Part shown: piece after piece, positions 1 through 7,457 of the stretch
Layout: each line of letters opens with the position of its first letter
Numbering within the stretch: position 1 is the stretch's first letter
IMG/VR virus record: IMGVR_UViG_3300033076_001223
Location: 1 to 55,749 of that record
Length of the DNA: 55,749 nucleotides
Reading direction: 5' to 3' (one strand)
Origin: a virus
Lineage: Duplodnaviria > Caudoviricetes
Program-made: the position numbers and the translations under genes
Notes under the pieces: generated by a model
The model's database searches: none
Told to the model about the DNA's origin: nothing
The model's input: only the letters and a program-made list of their open reading frames with translations

Positions 1-135
1 TCGAAGGGGCGGCCGTAGTAGTTGTCGGCGCTGCCACGGTCGAAGGGGCCGCCGTGGCGGGCGTCGATGGCAGCGGGGTGGAGGGTCAGGGTGGCGGTCA
101 TGTCGGTTGTCCCTTGGTTTCAAATCAGTGAACTA

Positions 136-164
136 AGGATAGGCCTGCAATCAGGCAGTTGCAA
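136..164 (-). promoter_or_regulatory. Early sigma70-type promoter with palindromic spacer
   Basis: Minus strand TTGCAA-N17-TATCCT; spacer holds GCCTG-N4-CAGGC; followed by AAGGGACAACC leader and ATG at 101. Confidence 0.75.
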
Positions 165-206
165 TAGGGTGCGTGCAAAAAAGTGCAAGTCAGCCCGACT
201 ATTTTA

Positions 207-219
207 TAAGTCACTGATT
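207..219 (-). promoter_or_regulatory. Putative IHF site upstream of early promoter
   Basis: AATCAGTGACTTA matches IHF consensus WATCARNNNNTTR. Confidence 0.45.
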
Positions 220-399
220 TCCTTGGTTTTCTTCCGACCAGCGCCGGGCCAGATCCTTGGCGTTTTCGAGCTTGGCGGCCTCCCCGACGTAGTCCCCATT
301 GGGGGCGCGCACGACCCAGCGAGGGTAGTCCTCGCCGGCATGCTCGCGGCTGATGGTGGGCCCGGCGGAGAGGGGCGCGGGCGTCTTGCGAAAGGTCAT
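211..399 (-). CDS. Small early hypothetical protein
   Basis: GAGGAG RBS, 62 aa, early strand. Confidence 0.7.
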   Translation of the reverse strand: MTFRKTPAPLSAGPTISREHAGEDYPRWVVRAPNGDYVGEAAKLENAKDLARRWSEENQGNQ

Positions 400-419
400 G
401 GCTCAATTCTCCTCGGGGC

Positions 420-869
420 TTAGTCCAGCCTGCTGTTGGCGTAGGCCTGCAGGCCGCCCTGCCGCAGGACGGCGGCCATGGCCGCGGCGCAGGCCTCCTT
501 GCGCTCGACGCTCTGGTTGAACAGGCTGATCCAGATCTCCAGCCCGCCGCCATAGGCCTTGCGCGCGGCGCCGGTCTTGAGGGCCCAGCGGCCGAAGGAT
601 GAGTTCGCCGGGTAGATGTTGACCCACGCGAAGCCGCAAGGCCCCTCCGGCTCGATCCACTGTTGGCGCACCGGCGAGTTGTCGTCGAGGGGGTTGGCGC
701 GTTCTTCGACGATCATGACGCTGGGCCGGGCGGCGTTGCCCGCGGCCACGCCCGCCTCCCACGCCTTGGCCATCAGAGCCTCGAAGTCGGCGTAGCGCTG
801 GGCGCGCTCGGCCTTTTGAGCGGCGATCTTGGAGCGGAGGGTGGGGTATTCCTGAGCGTTGGTGTTCAT
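420..869 (-). CDS. Conserved phage early protein (CGFAWV...QS..RKE...SRLD type), function unknown
   Basis: Own promoter and AAGGGACAACC RBS; motif pattern typical of a widespread phage family. Confidence 0.8.
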   Translation of the reverse strand: MNTNAQEYPTLRSKIAAQKAERAQRYADFEALMAKAWEAGVAAGNAARPSVMIVEERANPLDDNSPVRQQWIEPEGPCGFAWVNIYPANSSFGRWALKTGAARKAYGGGLEIWISLFNQSVERKEACAAAMAAVLRQGGLQAYANSRLD

Positions 870-903
870 GGCGGTTGTCCCTTGGTTTCAAATCAGTACA
901 GAA

Positions 904-932
904 ACCCTACGCCTGCAATCAGGCGGTTGCAA
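904..932 (-). promoter_or_regulatory. Early promoter with operator-like palindrome
   Basis: TTGCAA-N17-TAGGGT; spacer CGCCTG-ATTG-CAGGCG. Confidence 0.75.
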
Positions 933-973
933 GAGCCTCACGCGCTTTTTTTTCAGGATCCGGGCCGGCGGGG

Positions 974-1234
974 TCAGTCCCTAGGGGCTAGGGAACGAAT
1001 GGCGGTGGCGGCGTCTATAAGCCCCTGCTGGTAATCGGGCGGATCGCCCAAGACCAAAAGACCATCCGCCACCTTCGCCGCTTCCTCCACCGCCTCCTGT
1101 ACTGCGCGGGTCATGGCGGAGAGGGCGGCACCGGAAAAAGCATCATGCGATGACAGCATGGCGTAAGTCGCCCCCTTTGGCGTCTTGAGTATTTCCTCCG
1201 ACAGCAACTCTCTCATTCTCTCTTGTGTCAGCAT
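974..1234 (-). CDS. Hypothetical protein
   Basis: MLTQERMRELLSEE..., 86 aa; start trimmed from ORF track. Confidence 0.6.
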   Translation of the reverse strand: MLTQERMRELLSEEILKTPKGATYAMLSSHDAFSGAALSAMTRAVQEAVEEAAKVADGLLVLGDPPDYQQGLIDAATAIRSLAPRD

Positions 1235-1244
1235 GGGGTGGGGC

Positions 1245-1391
1245 TCAGTGTTCGTCGTCTTGTTTAGCGCCGCAACGGCACTCACGCCTGAATAGGCGGG
1301 GGTTAAACCAATCGCCAGTGTAGGTGATAAGTTCCCATTCGCCCCACTCATGCTTGTGGTTCGGGTCGCCGCCGTATGGTTTCTCTTCCAT
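1245..1391 (-). CDS. Small hypothetical protein (48 aa, H...CxC)
   Basis: MEEKPYGGDPNHKHEWGEW...ECRCGAKQDDEH; GGAG RBS; fills the gap between neighbours. Confidence 0.6.
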   Translation of the reverse strand: MEEKPYGGDPNHKHEWGEWELITYTGDWFNPRLFRRECRCGAKQDDEH

Positions 1392-1595
1392 CTATCTCCC
1401 CTTTCCTTCGGGTTGGGATTGAAAACGGCGCTGCAACGGTACGCCGGGTTTTTCACGTTGGGCCTTATCCCATCCACGCTGGTAATATGGCAGCCTAATG
1501 GCGTCATAACCGGCGCAATCGCGCGGATGACCGTACAGGTAGCCGATGCGGCCTTGCGCCTCTGCCATTTTTAATTCGCGGGTGCTAACGGCCAT
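1392..1595 (-). CDS. Hypothetical protein
   Basis: MAVSTRELK...YYQRGWDKA; AAGG RBS. Confidence 0.6.
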   Translation of the reverse strand: MAVSTRELKMAEAQGRIGYLYGHPRDCAGYDAIRLPYYQRGWDKAQREKPGVPLQRRFQSQPEGKGR

Positions 1596-1600
1596 AGAAA

Positions 1601-1885
1601 TTACTTTCCTTCGGGTTGGAGGGCGGCGGTGAGGGCGGAAAATGCCTCTTTCACATCGTCGGGTGCGCCGTTGCTCACAAGCCACCGAAAAACCTTTGCG
1701 ATGCGAAGCGTTTCAACCGTGCCGTACGTCATCACCTCTGGCGCGGCCTTGGCTTCGAGGGCGTCGGCGGCTTGCTCCCATACGGCTGCGGATTTTGCGT
1801 CACCGCCAAAATACTCGCGGTACAGCTTCGTCATTCGGCGCAACTCCGCCACCAGCGCCGCTATGTCTGTTTGAGATTGGGTCAT
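1601..1885 (-). CDS. Hypothetical protein
   Basis: MTQSQTDIAALVAELRR; AGGA RBS. Confidence 0.65.
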   Translation of the reverse strand: MTQSQTDIAALVAELRRMTKLYREYFGGDAKSAAVWEQAADALEAKAAPEVMTYGTVETLRIAKVFRWLVSNGAPDDVKEAFSALTAALQPEGK

Positions 1886-2037
1886 GGGGATTTCCTGGTG
1901 TTGAGACAAATGAAGCTGAGGCACGCCTTCGAATAACGACTGTCAAACTCGCCGCCACAATGCGGACACTTCTTGGGTTTCCATGCCGAATTGCCGCCTT
2001 TACGGTAGCTCCCGATGATGATTGCTTTGCTAACCAT
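1882..2037 (-). CDS. Small Zn-ribbon-like protein
   Basis: MVSKAIIIG...CPHCGG...CLSFIC; coupled to both neighbours. Confidence 0.5.
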   Translation of the reverse strand: MVSKAIIIGSYRKGGNSAWKPKKCPHCGGEFDSRYSKACLSFICLNTRKSP

Positions 2038-2399
2038 CACTTCTCTCCTTCGCTCTGCGCCTTGAAGGCGTGGTAGTCGGTGAGGGCGGCTTTGCCTTTG
2101 CGAATGCGTTTACACCCCGCGCACTCGCAGTCCTCATGGTAGCTAACGTTGTCTGTGTGTTCCCGCAACGCCTCCCCTAGCTTCTCGACAAGGGCGCGCA
2201 ACCGTTCATTCTCTGCCTCAAGGTCTATGACGCGCTGGGCGATGGTGGCCTCTAAATACTCCGCTACTTGCCGTGATAACTGCTTTGCAAGAATAAAGTC
2301 GGGCGTGTTGAGAGAGGCATCTATTCCGTGAAAATTAATTGCCTTGGCGAGGGCCATCTCAAGCAACCCTCTAAGCGCATCTGGTGATAGGTTGGTCAT
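2037..2399 (-). CDS. Hypothetical coiled-coil protein with HxxCxCxxC
   Basis: GGAG RBS; LEAENERLRALV. Confidence 0.65.
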   Translation of the reverse strand: MTNLSPDALRGLLEMALAKAINFHGIDASLNTPDFILAKQLSRQVAEYLEATIAQRVIDLEAENERLRALVEKLGEALREHTDNVSYHEDCECAGCKRIRKGKAALTDYHAFKAQSEGEK

Positions 2400-2408
2400 G
2401 GGGGCTCC

Positions 2409-2615
2409 CTATTGCGGCCTGGCCGCTTTGGCGGTTTCCAGTCTTTCGATGGCGTCGGCGGCGACCTGTTGCGGCTCCGCTGCACCGTTGGCGATCAGCA
2501 GCATGGAGACGGCCAGCTTGTCGCGCTGCTGCTCAAGTGCCAGTTCGCGCCGCGACTTCACGCTGGGCGGCAACGTCGCGGCCAGTTCCAGATACAACTT
2601 GCTCAAGATTTCCAT
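2409..2615 (-). CDS. Hypothetical protein
   Basis: GAGGAG RBS, 68 aa. Confidence 0.65.
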   Translation of the reverse strand: MEILSKLYLELAATLPPSVKSRRELALEQQRDKLAVSMLLIANGAAEPQQVAADAIERLETAKAARPQ

Positions 2616-2627
2616 TCGTGGGACTCC

Positions 2628-2843
2628 TCAGGCTTCGGGGTCAGTAACGAAAGGAACGTCGCGCCACTCGCGCCGCTCGCCCTTCAGGTTCCCGCCCTCA
2701 TAGGTCCAGATGGACCATTCCTGTTGCAGCACGATGCCGGGCATACCCTCGGAAGGAAGGCGGGGACGATAGCGCAGCGCGCCGGACGGGTTCTCGCGCG
2801 TGATGGTGGCGAGCGTTCCTGTTTCACAAAAGCCGGTTTCCAT
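2628..2843 (-). CDS. Hypothetical protein
   Basis: METGFCETG...VLQQEW...EWRDVP; GGGAG RBS. Confidence 0.6.
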   Translation of the reverse strand: METGFCETGTLATITRENPSGALRYRPRLPSEGMPGIVLQQEWSIWTYEGGNLKGERREWRDVPFVTDPEA

Positions 2844-2856
2844 GATGGGCTCCCTT

Positions 2857-3099
2857 CTAAACGCCGACCGCAGCGGCATCTTCATCCGCCACGAACCCGC
2901 TGCACCGCTCGCAGACGCGCCCCGGTTCGCCCATGGTGCTGGTGTGCGGCTTCCAGCGATGGTCGCAGGCGTCAAATTCCTTCTGGAACGCCTCCACGCA
3001 TCCGGGGCAGAACCAGCAATCCTCCATCGAGGTCATCTGCTCGATGGGCAATTCCTTGTCGCAGCTTTCGCAGCCTTGCAGGTCCGGTTTCTCGGCCAT
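2857..3099 (-). CDS. Cys-rich Zn-binding hypothetical protein
   Basis: CESC, CPGC, CDH, CERC; GAGGAG RBS. Confidence 0.65.
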   Translation of the reverse strand: MAEKPDLQGCESCDKELPIEQMTSMEDCWFCPGCVEAFQKEFDACDHRWKPHTSTMGEPGRVCERCSGFVADEDAAAVGV

Positions 3100-3112
3100 G
3101 AAATTTCGCTCC

Positions 3113-3373
3113 TCAGTGATGATCTTTGTAACGGGGCTTGCGCGCCTTGCGGTTGTTTCGGGCGCGGCGAATACCGGCATGACCGCCGCAACAGGGACAG
3201 AGCGGGTGGGGGGTGCGATGCCCTAGGCAGGAGGCGGGAGAAACCTTTTCGATAAGCGGCAGCGCTTCAAGGCGGGCGATCTTGGGGCCGCAGTTCATCG
3301 CACAGGTGCCATCATCGTGGCAGTCACCGCACGGAGGGACATTGCGGACGCCGAAAGTATCCATGCCGGTCAT
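3113..3373 (-). CDS. Cys-rich hypothetical protein
   Basis: CGDC..C.MNC; overlaps upstream stop. Confidence 0.45.
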   Translation of the reverse strand: MTGMDTFGVRNVPPCGDCHDDGTCAMNCGPKIARLEALPLIEKVSPASCLGHRTPHPLCPCCGGHAGIRRARNNRKARKPRYKDHH

Positions 3374-3471
3374 ATCCGCCCCAACAGAAAGCCGATGCCG
3401 CCAGCGATAGCGGCGACGATCAGCGCCAAGATCACTAGCATCTTCCCAAAATCGTCGAACATTTCCTGCAT
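3370..3471 (-). CDS. Small membrane peptide
   Basis: MQEMFDDFGKMLVILALIVAAIAGGIGFLLGRI, one TM helix. Confidence 0.5.
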   Translation of the reverse strand: MQEMFDDFGKMLVILALIVAAIAGGIGFLLGRI

Positions 3472-3484
3472 GGTGATGGCTCGC

Positions 3485-3754
3485 TTATTTCGGTGCCGCA
3501 GGCAGCGGCATCCAGTGGGTGACGTTCTCGATCTCGGGCGAATGAAGTTGGCGCGTCGCGCCGTTCTCGAAGGTGTAGCCAGCGGCTAACGACATTTCCC
3601 GACATGAGGAAATGAAGGCGGCGAACTCAGGCTGCCACCAGCAACGGACAATATCGCCGTTCTGGTGGCTGTTGGCCCACGGCATGTTAAAGAAGCCGCC
3701 GATGATCGGCGTTCCGTCCTTGGGCGCTGTTTCGATTGGTTGCCAGTCAGCCAT
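3485..3754 (-). CDS. DUF551-like phage protein
   Basis: WQPIETAPKDGT...VTHWMPLPAAP signature. Confidence 0.85.
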   Translation of the reverse strand: MADWQPIETAPKDGTPIIGGFFNMPWANSHQNGDIVRCWWQPEFAAFISSCREMSLAAGYTFENGATRQLHSPEIENVTHWMPLPAAPK

Positions 3755-3767
3755 TCTTGCCCCTCCC

Positions 3768-4100
3768 CTATCGCAGCTTGGAATAGGTGACGCAGACGCT
3801 ATACGTCGTCGGCACCAGCATGGTTGTCTTGCCGGTGCTGACCGGCATCATCGTGGTTTCGAGACGCGAGGCGGTGCAGGCCCATTGCCCTTTTTTCAGG
3901 GTCGCTAGGTCAGGAGATTTTGTGCCCGCGATTGCCCACCACGGCAGGACGGCCAGCACGGCACCAACCGGCAAACCGATGGCGAAAAACAGCGCAGCCA
4001 TCCAGCGACCATCGTCTTGCCAGAGGTAATAGGTGCCGACCAACGGGGCGATGACGCATCCCGCCGCCCACAGTGCCGAAAGACCGTAGATGATTTCCAT
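3768..4100 (-). CDS. Membrane protein (2 TM)
   Basis: Two hydrophobic N-terminal segments; AAGGAG RBS. Confidence 0.65.
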   Translation of the reverse strand: MEIIYGLSALWAAGCVIAPLVGTYYLWQDDGRWMAALFFAIGLPVGAVLAVLPWWAIAGTKSPDLATLKKGQWACTASRLETTMMPVSTGKTTMLVPTTYSVCVTYSKLR

Positions 4101-4112
4101 TCCTAGCGCTCC

Positions 4113-4274
4113 TTAAGATTTCATGGCGCGAAGAACGCGGGCTGCGAAATGAAAGGCCAGCGCGCGGTAGAGGCTTTCGTATGTCTCTTTGTCATCGTTC
4201 TGTTCCTCTCGCGCCTTCGCTTCCATCTCGTCCAGCTTGGCGGCGCATTCCTCTATGACGCTGTTTCGGTCCAT
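4113..4274 (-). CDS. Small hypothetical protein
   Basis: MDRNSVIEECAAKLDEME...RVLRAMKS; GAGGAG RBS. Confidence 0.55.
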   Translation of the reverse strand: MDRNSVIEECAAKLDEMEAKAREEQNDDKETYESLYRALAFHFAARVLRAMKS

Positions 4275-4286
4275 GACTGGCGCTCC

Positions 4287-4463
4287 TCAGACTTTCAAAT
4301 CGTAAAGGTGTGTGCTGCTGGCGATCAGCGCCTTGTCGAACCGCGCAATGTCGTCATCGGAAAGGCGCACGAACCGAGGCGGCTCAAGATTGCCGTCCTT
4401 GTCATGGTACAGCCCGTCTTCATGGCGTTTCAGGCAGCGGGCGCAATAAATCATTTCGGCCAT
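4287..4463 (-). CDS. Small hypothetical protein
   Basis: MAEMIYCARCLKRH...; fills gap. Confidence 0.45.
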   Translation of the reverse strand: MAEMIYCARCLKRHEDGLYHDKDGNLEPPRFVRLSDDDIARFDKALIASSTHLYDLKV

Positions 4464-4478
4464 ATCGAACGCTCGCCT

Positions 4479-4691
4479 CTAGTTGGGTTTCGTTTTGGCG
4501 CGCAGGCGCTTTTCGAGCGAGCGGGCTTCACGCTCTGCCGCCGCCTTGCTGCGATGGGTGCACCACTTCTTGCCGTCAGTGACCATCCGCCACGGACGAT
4601 CAGGCGACATGCGAGCCTCGACGTAATAAATCGGCGCCCAGTTCTTGGTGTTGACCCCGGTGCTGACTTTGGTGAGTGCCGGTTCAGCCAT
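4479..4691 (-). CDS. Hypothetical protein
   Basis: GGAGG RBS, 70 aa. Confidence 0.6.
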   Translation of the reverse strand: MAEPALTKVSTGVNTKNWAPIYYVEARMSPDRPWRMVTDGKKWCTHRSKAAAEREARSLEKRLRAKTKPN

Positions 4692-4705
4692 GACTTTTCC
4701 CTCCG

Positions 4706-5272
4706 TTATTGAGGCAGCGGGCGAGCGCCGAACAGGTCGTTCAGCGTGTCGTTCCGGTCTTCGGTGCTATAGCCGTACCCGGCATCTTCCAGACCAGCGC
4801 CGACGCCATAGCCAGACCATCCAGTCCAGACCGTTCCGTCAGGCTGGGTAAGGCGCGCATAGACGTAATAATTGTCCTCATTGCGCCAGAAGACTTCCAG
4901 CGTATGCCCGTCCACCTTGAAGATGGTCGGTTCATCATCTTCGATTGAAGCGTCGTGCGGGGCGCTGAGATACCGACGCCCCTCGTATTCGCTGATACGA
5001 TCCGGTTTGACGTTGTTGTCCAGCGTCAGCAGGTCGATACTTTCACCGAGGCGGTGCACCCCGATTGAAGATTGCTTGTATAGGCTGACGAAAATCGGGC
5101 CATCGCCCATCAGGGCGTGATAGCTGCCGCCGCTGCGGCCTTCTTCCAAAGTCCAGCCGGGCCACTGACCCGGTGTGCTCTTAATGCCTTCGGGAGATAG
5201 CACGGCGTCGCTGCGTTCTTCGACGCGCTGGCCGTTCCTGAACGCATATCCGCCATAGTCGCTATAGGCCAT
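4706..5272 (-). CDS. Hypothetical protein
   Basis: 188 aa, GGAG RBS, MAYSDYGGYAFRNG. Confidence 0.75.
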   Translation of the reverse strand: MAYSDYGGYAFRNGQRVEERSDAVLSPEGIKSTPGQWPGWTLEEGRSGGSYHALMGDGPIFVSLYKQSSIGVHRLGESIDLLTLDNNVKPDRISEYEGRRYLSAPHDASIEDDEPTIFKVDGHTLEVFWRNEDNYYVYARLTQPDGTVWTGWSGYGVGAGLEDAGYGYSTEDRNDTLNDLFGARPLPQ

Positions 5273-5286
5273 AACTTTCGCTCCAA

Positions 5287-5478
5287 TTATTTCCGCAGCA
5301 GCTTTTGAAGGCTGGCGGACTTTTTCTTCCGAATGTTCGCCTGGGTCAGCTCTACCTTGAGGCGCTTGCCGTGGCGGTCCATGCGTGGCGGCGGCTCACC
5401 GCCCGGCACGTCTAGCGCGCCAGAGCTTGCCAGCGCCGAGAGCGCTGCCATGATTTGCAGGGATCGCGTCATGCCCAT
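5287..5478 (-). CDS. Small basic hypothetical protein
   Basis: AAGGAG RBS. Confidence 0.55.
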   Translation of the reverse strand: MGMTRSLQIMAALSALASSGALDVPGGEPPPRMDRHGKRLKVELTQANIRKKKSASLQKLLRK

Positions 5479-5491
5479 CCGAACGGCTCCT

Positions 5492-5824
5492 TCACTTTGC
5501 CTTGTTGTTTCGGATTTCTGGGTGGTTTTTCAGAAACTCATTCATGGCGGCACAGACCAACTTGGCGTGATCTTCTGCATCGCCGCGCCCGACTTCCGGC
5601 CTGCCTTCAAAGTGCGCCCAATCCAGCGGGATAAGGTATTGCAGACCGGGCCCGCGCGGGCCGTCGCAGCGCACCCCTATGACCGTGTGACCGGCATAGT
5701 CGCCTTCCGTGAAGGACTTCCATTGCCACTCCCCGGCTTGCTGGCCGAAAGGCCATTTCAATTCGGAGACAGGCGGCGGTGGCTGGAATTGCTCGCTCAA
5801 GATGCGCTCCTCTAAATCACGCAC
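5492..5824 (-). CDS. Hypothetical protein (start uncertain)
   Basis: ORF 5492-5854 in track; GTG at 5824 is plausible. Confidence 0.55.
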   Translation of the reverse strand: MRDLEERILSEQFQPPPPVSELKWPFGQQAGEWQWKSFTEGDYAGHTVIGVRCDGPRGPGLQYLIPLDWAHFEGRPEVGRGDAEDHAKLVCAAMNEFLKNHPEIRNNKAK

Positions 5825-5958
5825 CAGACCACGACAGCGAGCGCCAGCGCGCACGTCACAAGTCCGATGATGCTCTCGCTAAAAGACAATGGCCGGTCCA
5901 TTCGACTGCCGCCATTACCGTTCGATCCCGCCGTTTGATCTGCGCTATCGGTGGTCAT
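5812..5958 (-). CDS. Small C-terminally anchored membrane peptide
   Basis: Leader AAAGAGACAACC; C-terminal TM IIGLVTCALALAVVVWCVI. Confidence 0.5.
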   Translation of the reverse strand: MTTDSADQTAGSNGNGGSRMDRPLSFSESIIGLVTCALALAVVVWCVI

Positions 5959-6025
5959 AGTCTGGTTGTCTCTTTGTTGTTGGTGGTGTGGGTGGCTGGG
6001 GGCCGAAGCCCCCGCCGGGGTGGGG

Positions 6026-6370
6026 TTAGAGGCTAATGATCTCGACCTTGTATTCCGCGGCCTTCGCGGCGTTCGCGGCGCTGGCGTAGGCGTTGTATTG
6101 GGCGATCGTGCTGCAGCCCGCCGGGCGGACGTAATGCTCCATGATGTACGCATAATAGCCGGGGGTCATCACGCGGCTGCGGAAGGTCTCCATCGCGCGG
6201 GGAGTGTTGCTCTTGGCGGTCTTGGCGGCGGCGTCGAGGTCGAAGCTGTGGCCGCTGTTTACGACGGATCCGTCCTCAATCTTGGTGATCAGCCAAGCGG
6301 CGGTAACCGGGCGCTTGCCCTTGTACTCGTCAGTGTGACCGTTGGAGAAGGTGGCGATAATCTTGGTCAT
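6026..6370 (-). CDS. Early hypothetical protein
   Basis: Own promoter, AAGGGACGAACC leader; followed by GGGGGC-UUCG-GCCCCC-type hairpin near 5998-6013. Confidence 0.75.
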   Translation of the reverse strand: MTKIIATFSNGHTDEYKGKRPVTAAWLITKIEDGSVVNSGHSFDLDAAAKTAKSNTPRAMETFRSRVMTPGYYAYIMEHYVRPAGCSTIAQYNAYASAANAAKAAEYKVEIISL

Positions 6371-6402
6371 CGGTTCGTCCCTTGCTTCGTTTCAGCTCGA
6401 AC

Positions 6403-6431
6403 ACCCTACGCCTGCAGGCAGGCGCTTGCAA
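6403..6431 (-). promoter_or_regulatory. Early promoter with operator-like palindrome
   Basis: TTGCAA-N17-TAGGGT; spacer CGCCTG-CCTG-CAGGCG. Confidence 0.75.
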
Positions 6432-6583
6432 TAGGCTGGATGCACTTTTTTGTAAAAAAGAACAAGGTACTGGAATTATTGGCTTTTTGGGCTCTAGCAG
6501 CCCAGCAGCCGGGTGCCGGGCCTCGGCGGGGAAGGCCCGCGCCTGCCGGGTAAAAATGGCGGAAATGCTGGGTTTTTTAGGCT

Positions 6584-6610
6584 AAAAGCCCGGCGGGCTG
6601 GCCGCCGGGC
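6584..6610 (-). terminator. Rho-independent terminator
   Basis: Minus strand GCCCGGCGG-loop-CCGCCGGGC-TTTT. Confidence 0.7.
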
Positions 6611-6632
6611 CTCGTAGCGGATCGATCGCCTG

Positions 6633-7049
6633 TCAGTAGCAGTACAGGCTGGCGCCGATCATGCGGCAGGTCGATACGCCGCCCGGGTAGGTGGTGCCGC
6701 TCTCGCGCCTCGCGCCGGTGGTCGGCGAGCTGAAGAGGGTGGAGCCGCCGACCTGACGCGACGTCGACCCGTCGCTGAAGTAGGTGGATCCTCCCGCCTG
6801 CCTCGAGCTGGTGCCGTCGCTGTAATAGGTCGAGCCGCCCACCTGACGTGAGGTCGATCCGTCGCTGAAGTACGTCGTGCCGCCCACCTGCCTCGAGCTG
6901 CTGCCGTCGCTGCAGTACGTCGTTCCGCCCACCTGCCGGCAGGACACCTGCGCCGCGGCGCGCGTCGGCGCCAGAGCGATCAGGGCGGCTAGGATCACGG
7001 CGAGGGCCAGCGTCGCGGCCATAATCAGCCGGGCAGTTGCGTTGCGCAT
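6633..7049 (-). CDS. Secreted/periplasmic protein with five 15-aa repeats (moron-like)
   Basis: Signal peptide ending AAA-Q; repeats RQVGG[TS]TY[CFY]SDG[ST][ST]S; own terminator. Confidence 0.8.
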   Translation of the reverse strand: MRNATARLIMAATLALAVILAALIALAPTRAAAQVSCRQVGGTTYCSDGSSSRQVGGTTYFSDGSTSRQVGGSTYYSDGTSSRQAGGSTYFSDGSTSRQVGGSTLFSSPTTGARRESGTTYPGGVSTCRMIGASLYCY

Positions 7050-7159
7050 TGGATCTAAATCTCCCCAGAGTGGATTTGTATAGTAAGGCATTCGCTTGCA
7101 GAAAACAAGGTCAGGTGGCCTTGCAAAAAAGTGCAAGGTGCGTGGGTGAGGGGCCCAGA

Positions 7160-7335
7160 TCGTGCAACCGAATGGTAGCCACCATTTGCAGCATTTGCAC
7201 CGTGTTGCAACGTGGTGCATATCCCACAACACCCCTAATCACGTGCAACACTCCTATAGCCCCTATCTGAAAGTATATAGGGCTATAGGTGTGTTGCACG
7301 TTGGATGTAACAGCTTGTTGCAGCGTTGCGTGATG
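7160..7335. other. Candidate replication origin or pac region
   Basis: Non-coding strand-switch point; ~25-bp inverted repeat (7241-7266 / 7277-7301) around an AT-rich loop; dense TGCA/GTTGCA repeats. Confidence 0.5.
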
Positions 7336-7457
7336 CGTTTCCTGCTATGGGTAAATTAGGTGTATTGCCCCGTTTTTCTTTTTGTCGTATAGCATGGGGG
7401 TGGGGCGCTCGTTTTCGCCGAGCGCCCCGACACAGAACCGAACGGAGAAACGATCCT

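Larger units (their letters stand above)
1..274. repeat. Terminal overlap, left copy (matches 55476-55749)
   Basis: Base-by-base comparison: 274 nt, 10 substitutions (positions 66,72,83,89,153,155,171,173,191,197); the last 77 nt are identical. Confidence 0.95.

Noticed and set aside
6472-6585. Two GGAAwTnyTGGnTTTTT direct repeats as an att or res site
   Set aside because: Degenerate, only loosely IHF-like, and no recombinase gene is recognisable
6740-6950. 45-bp periodic repeats as a mini-CRISPR array
   Set aside because: Contiguous, in frame, vary at codon third positions and have no unique spacers; this is a protein repeat
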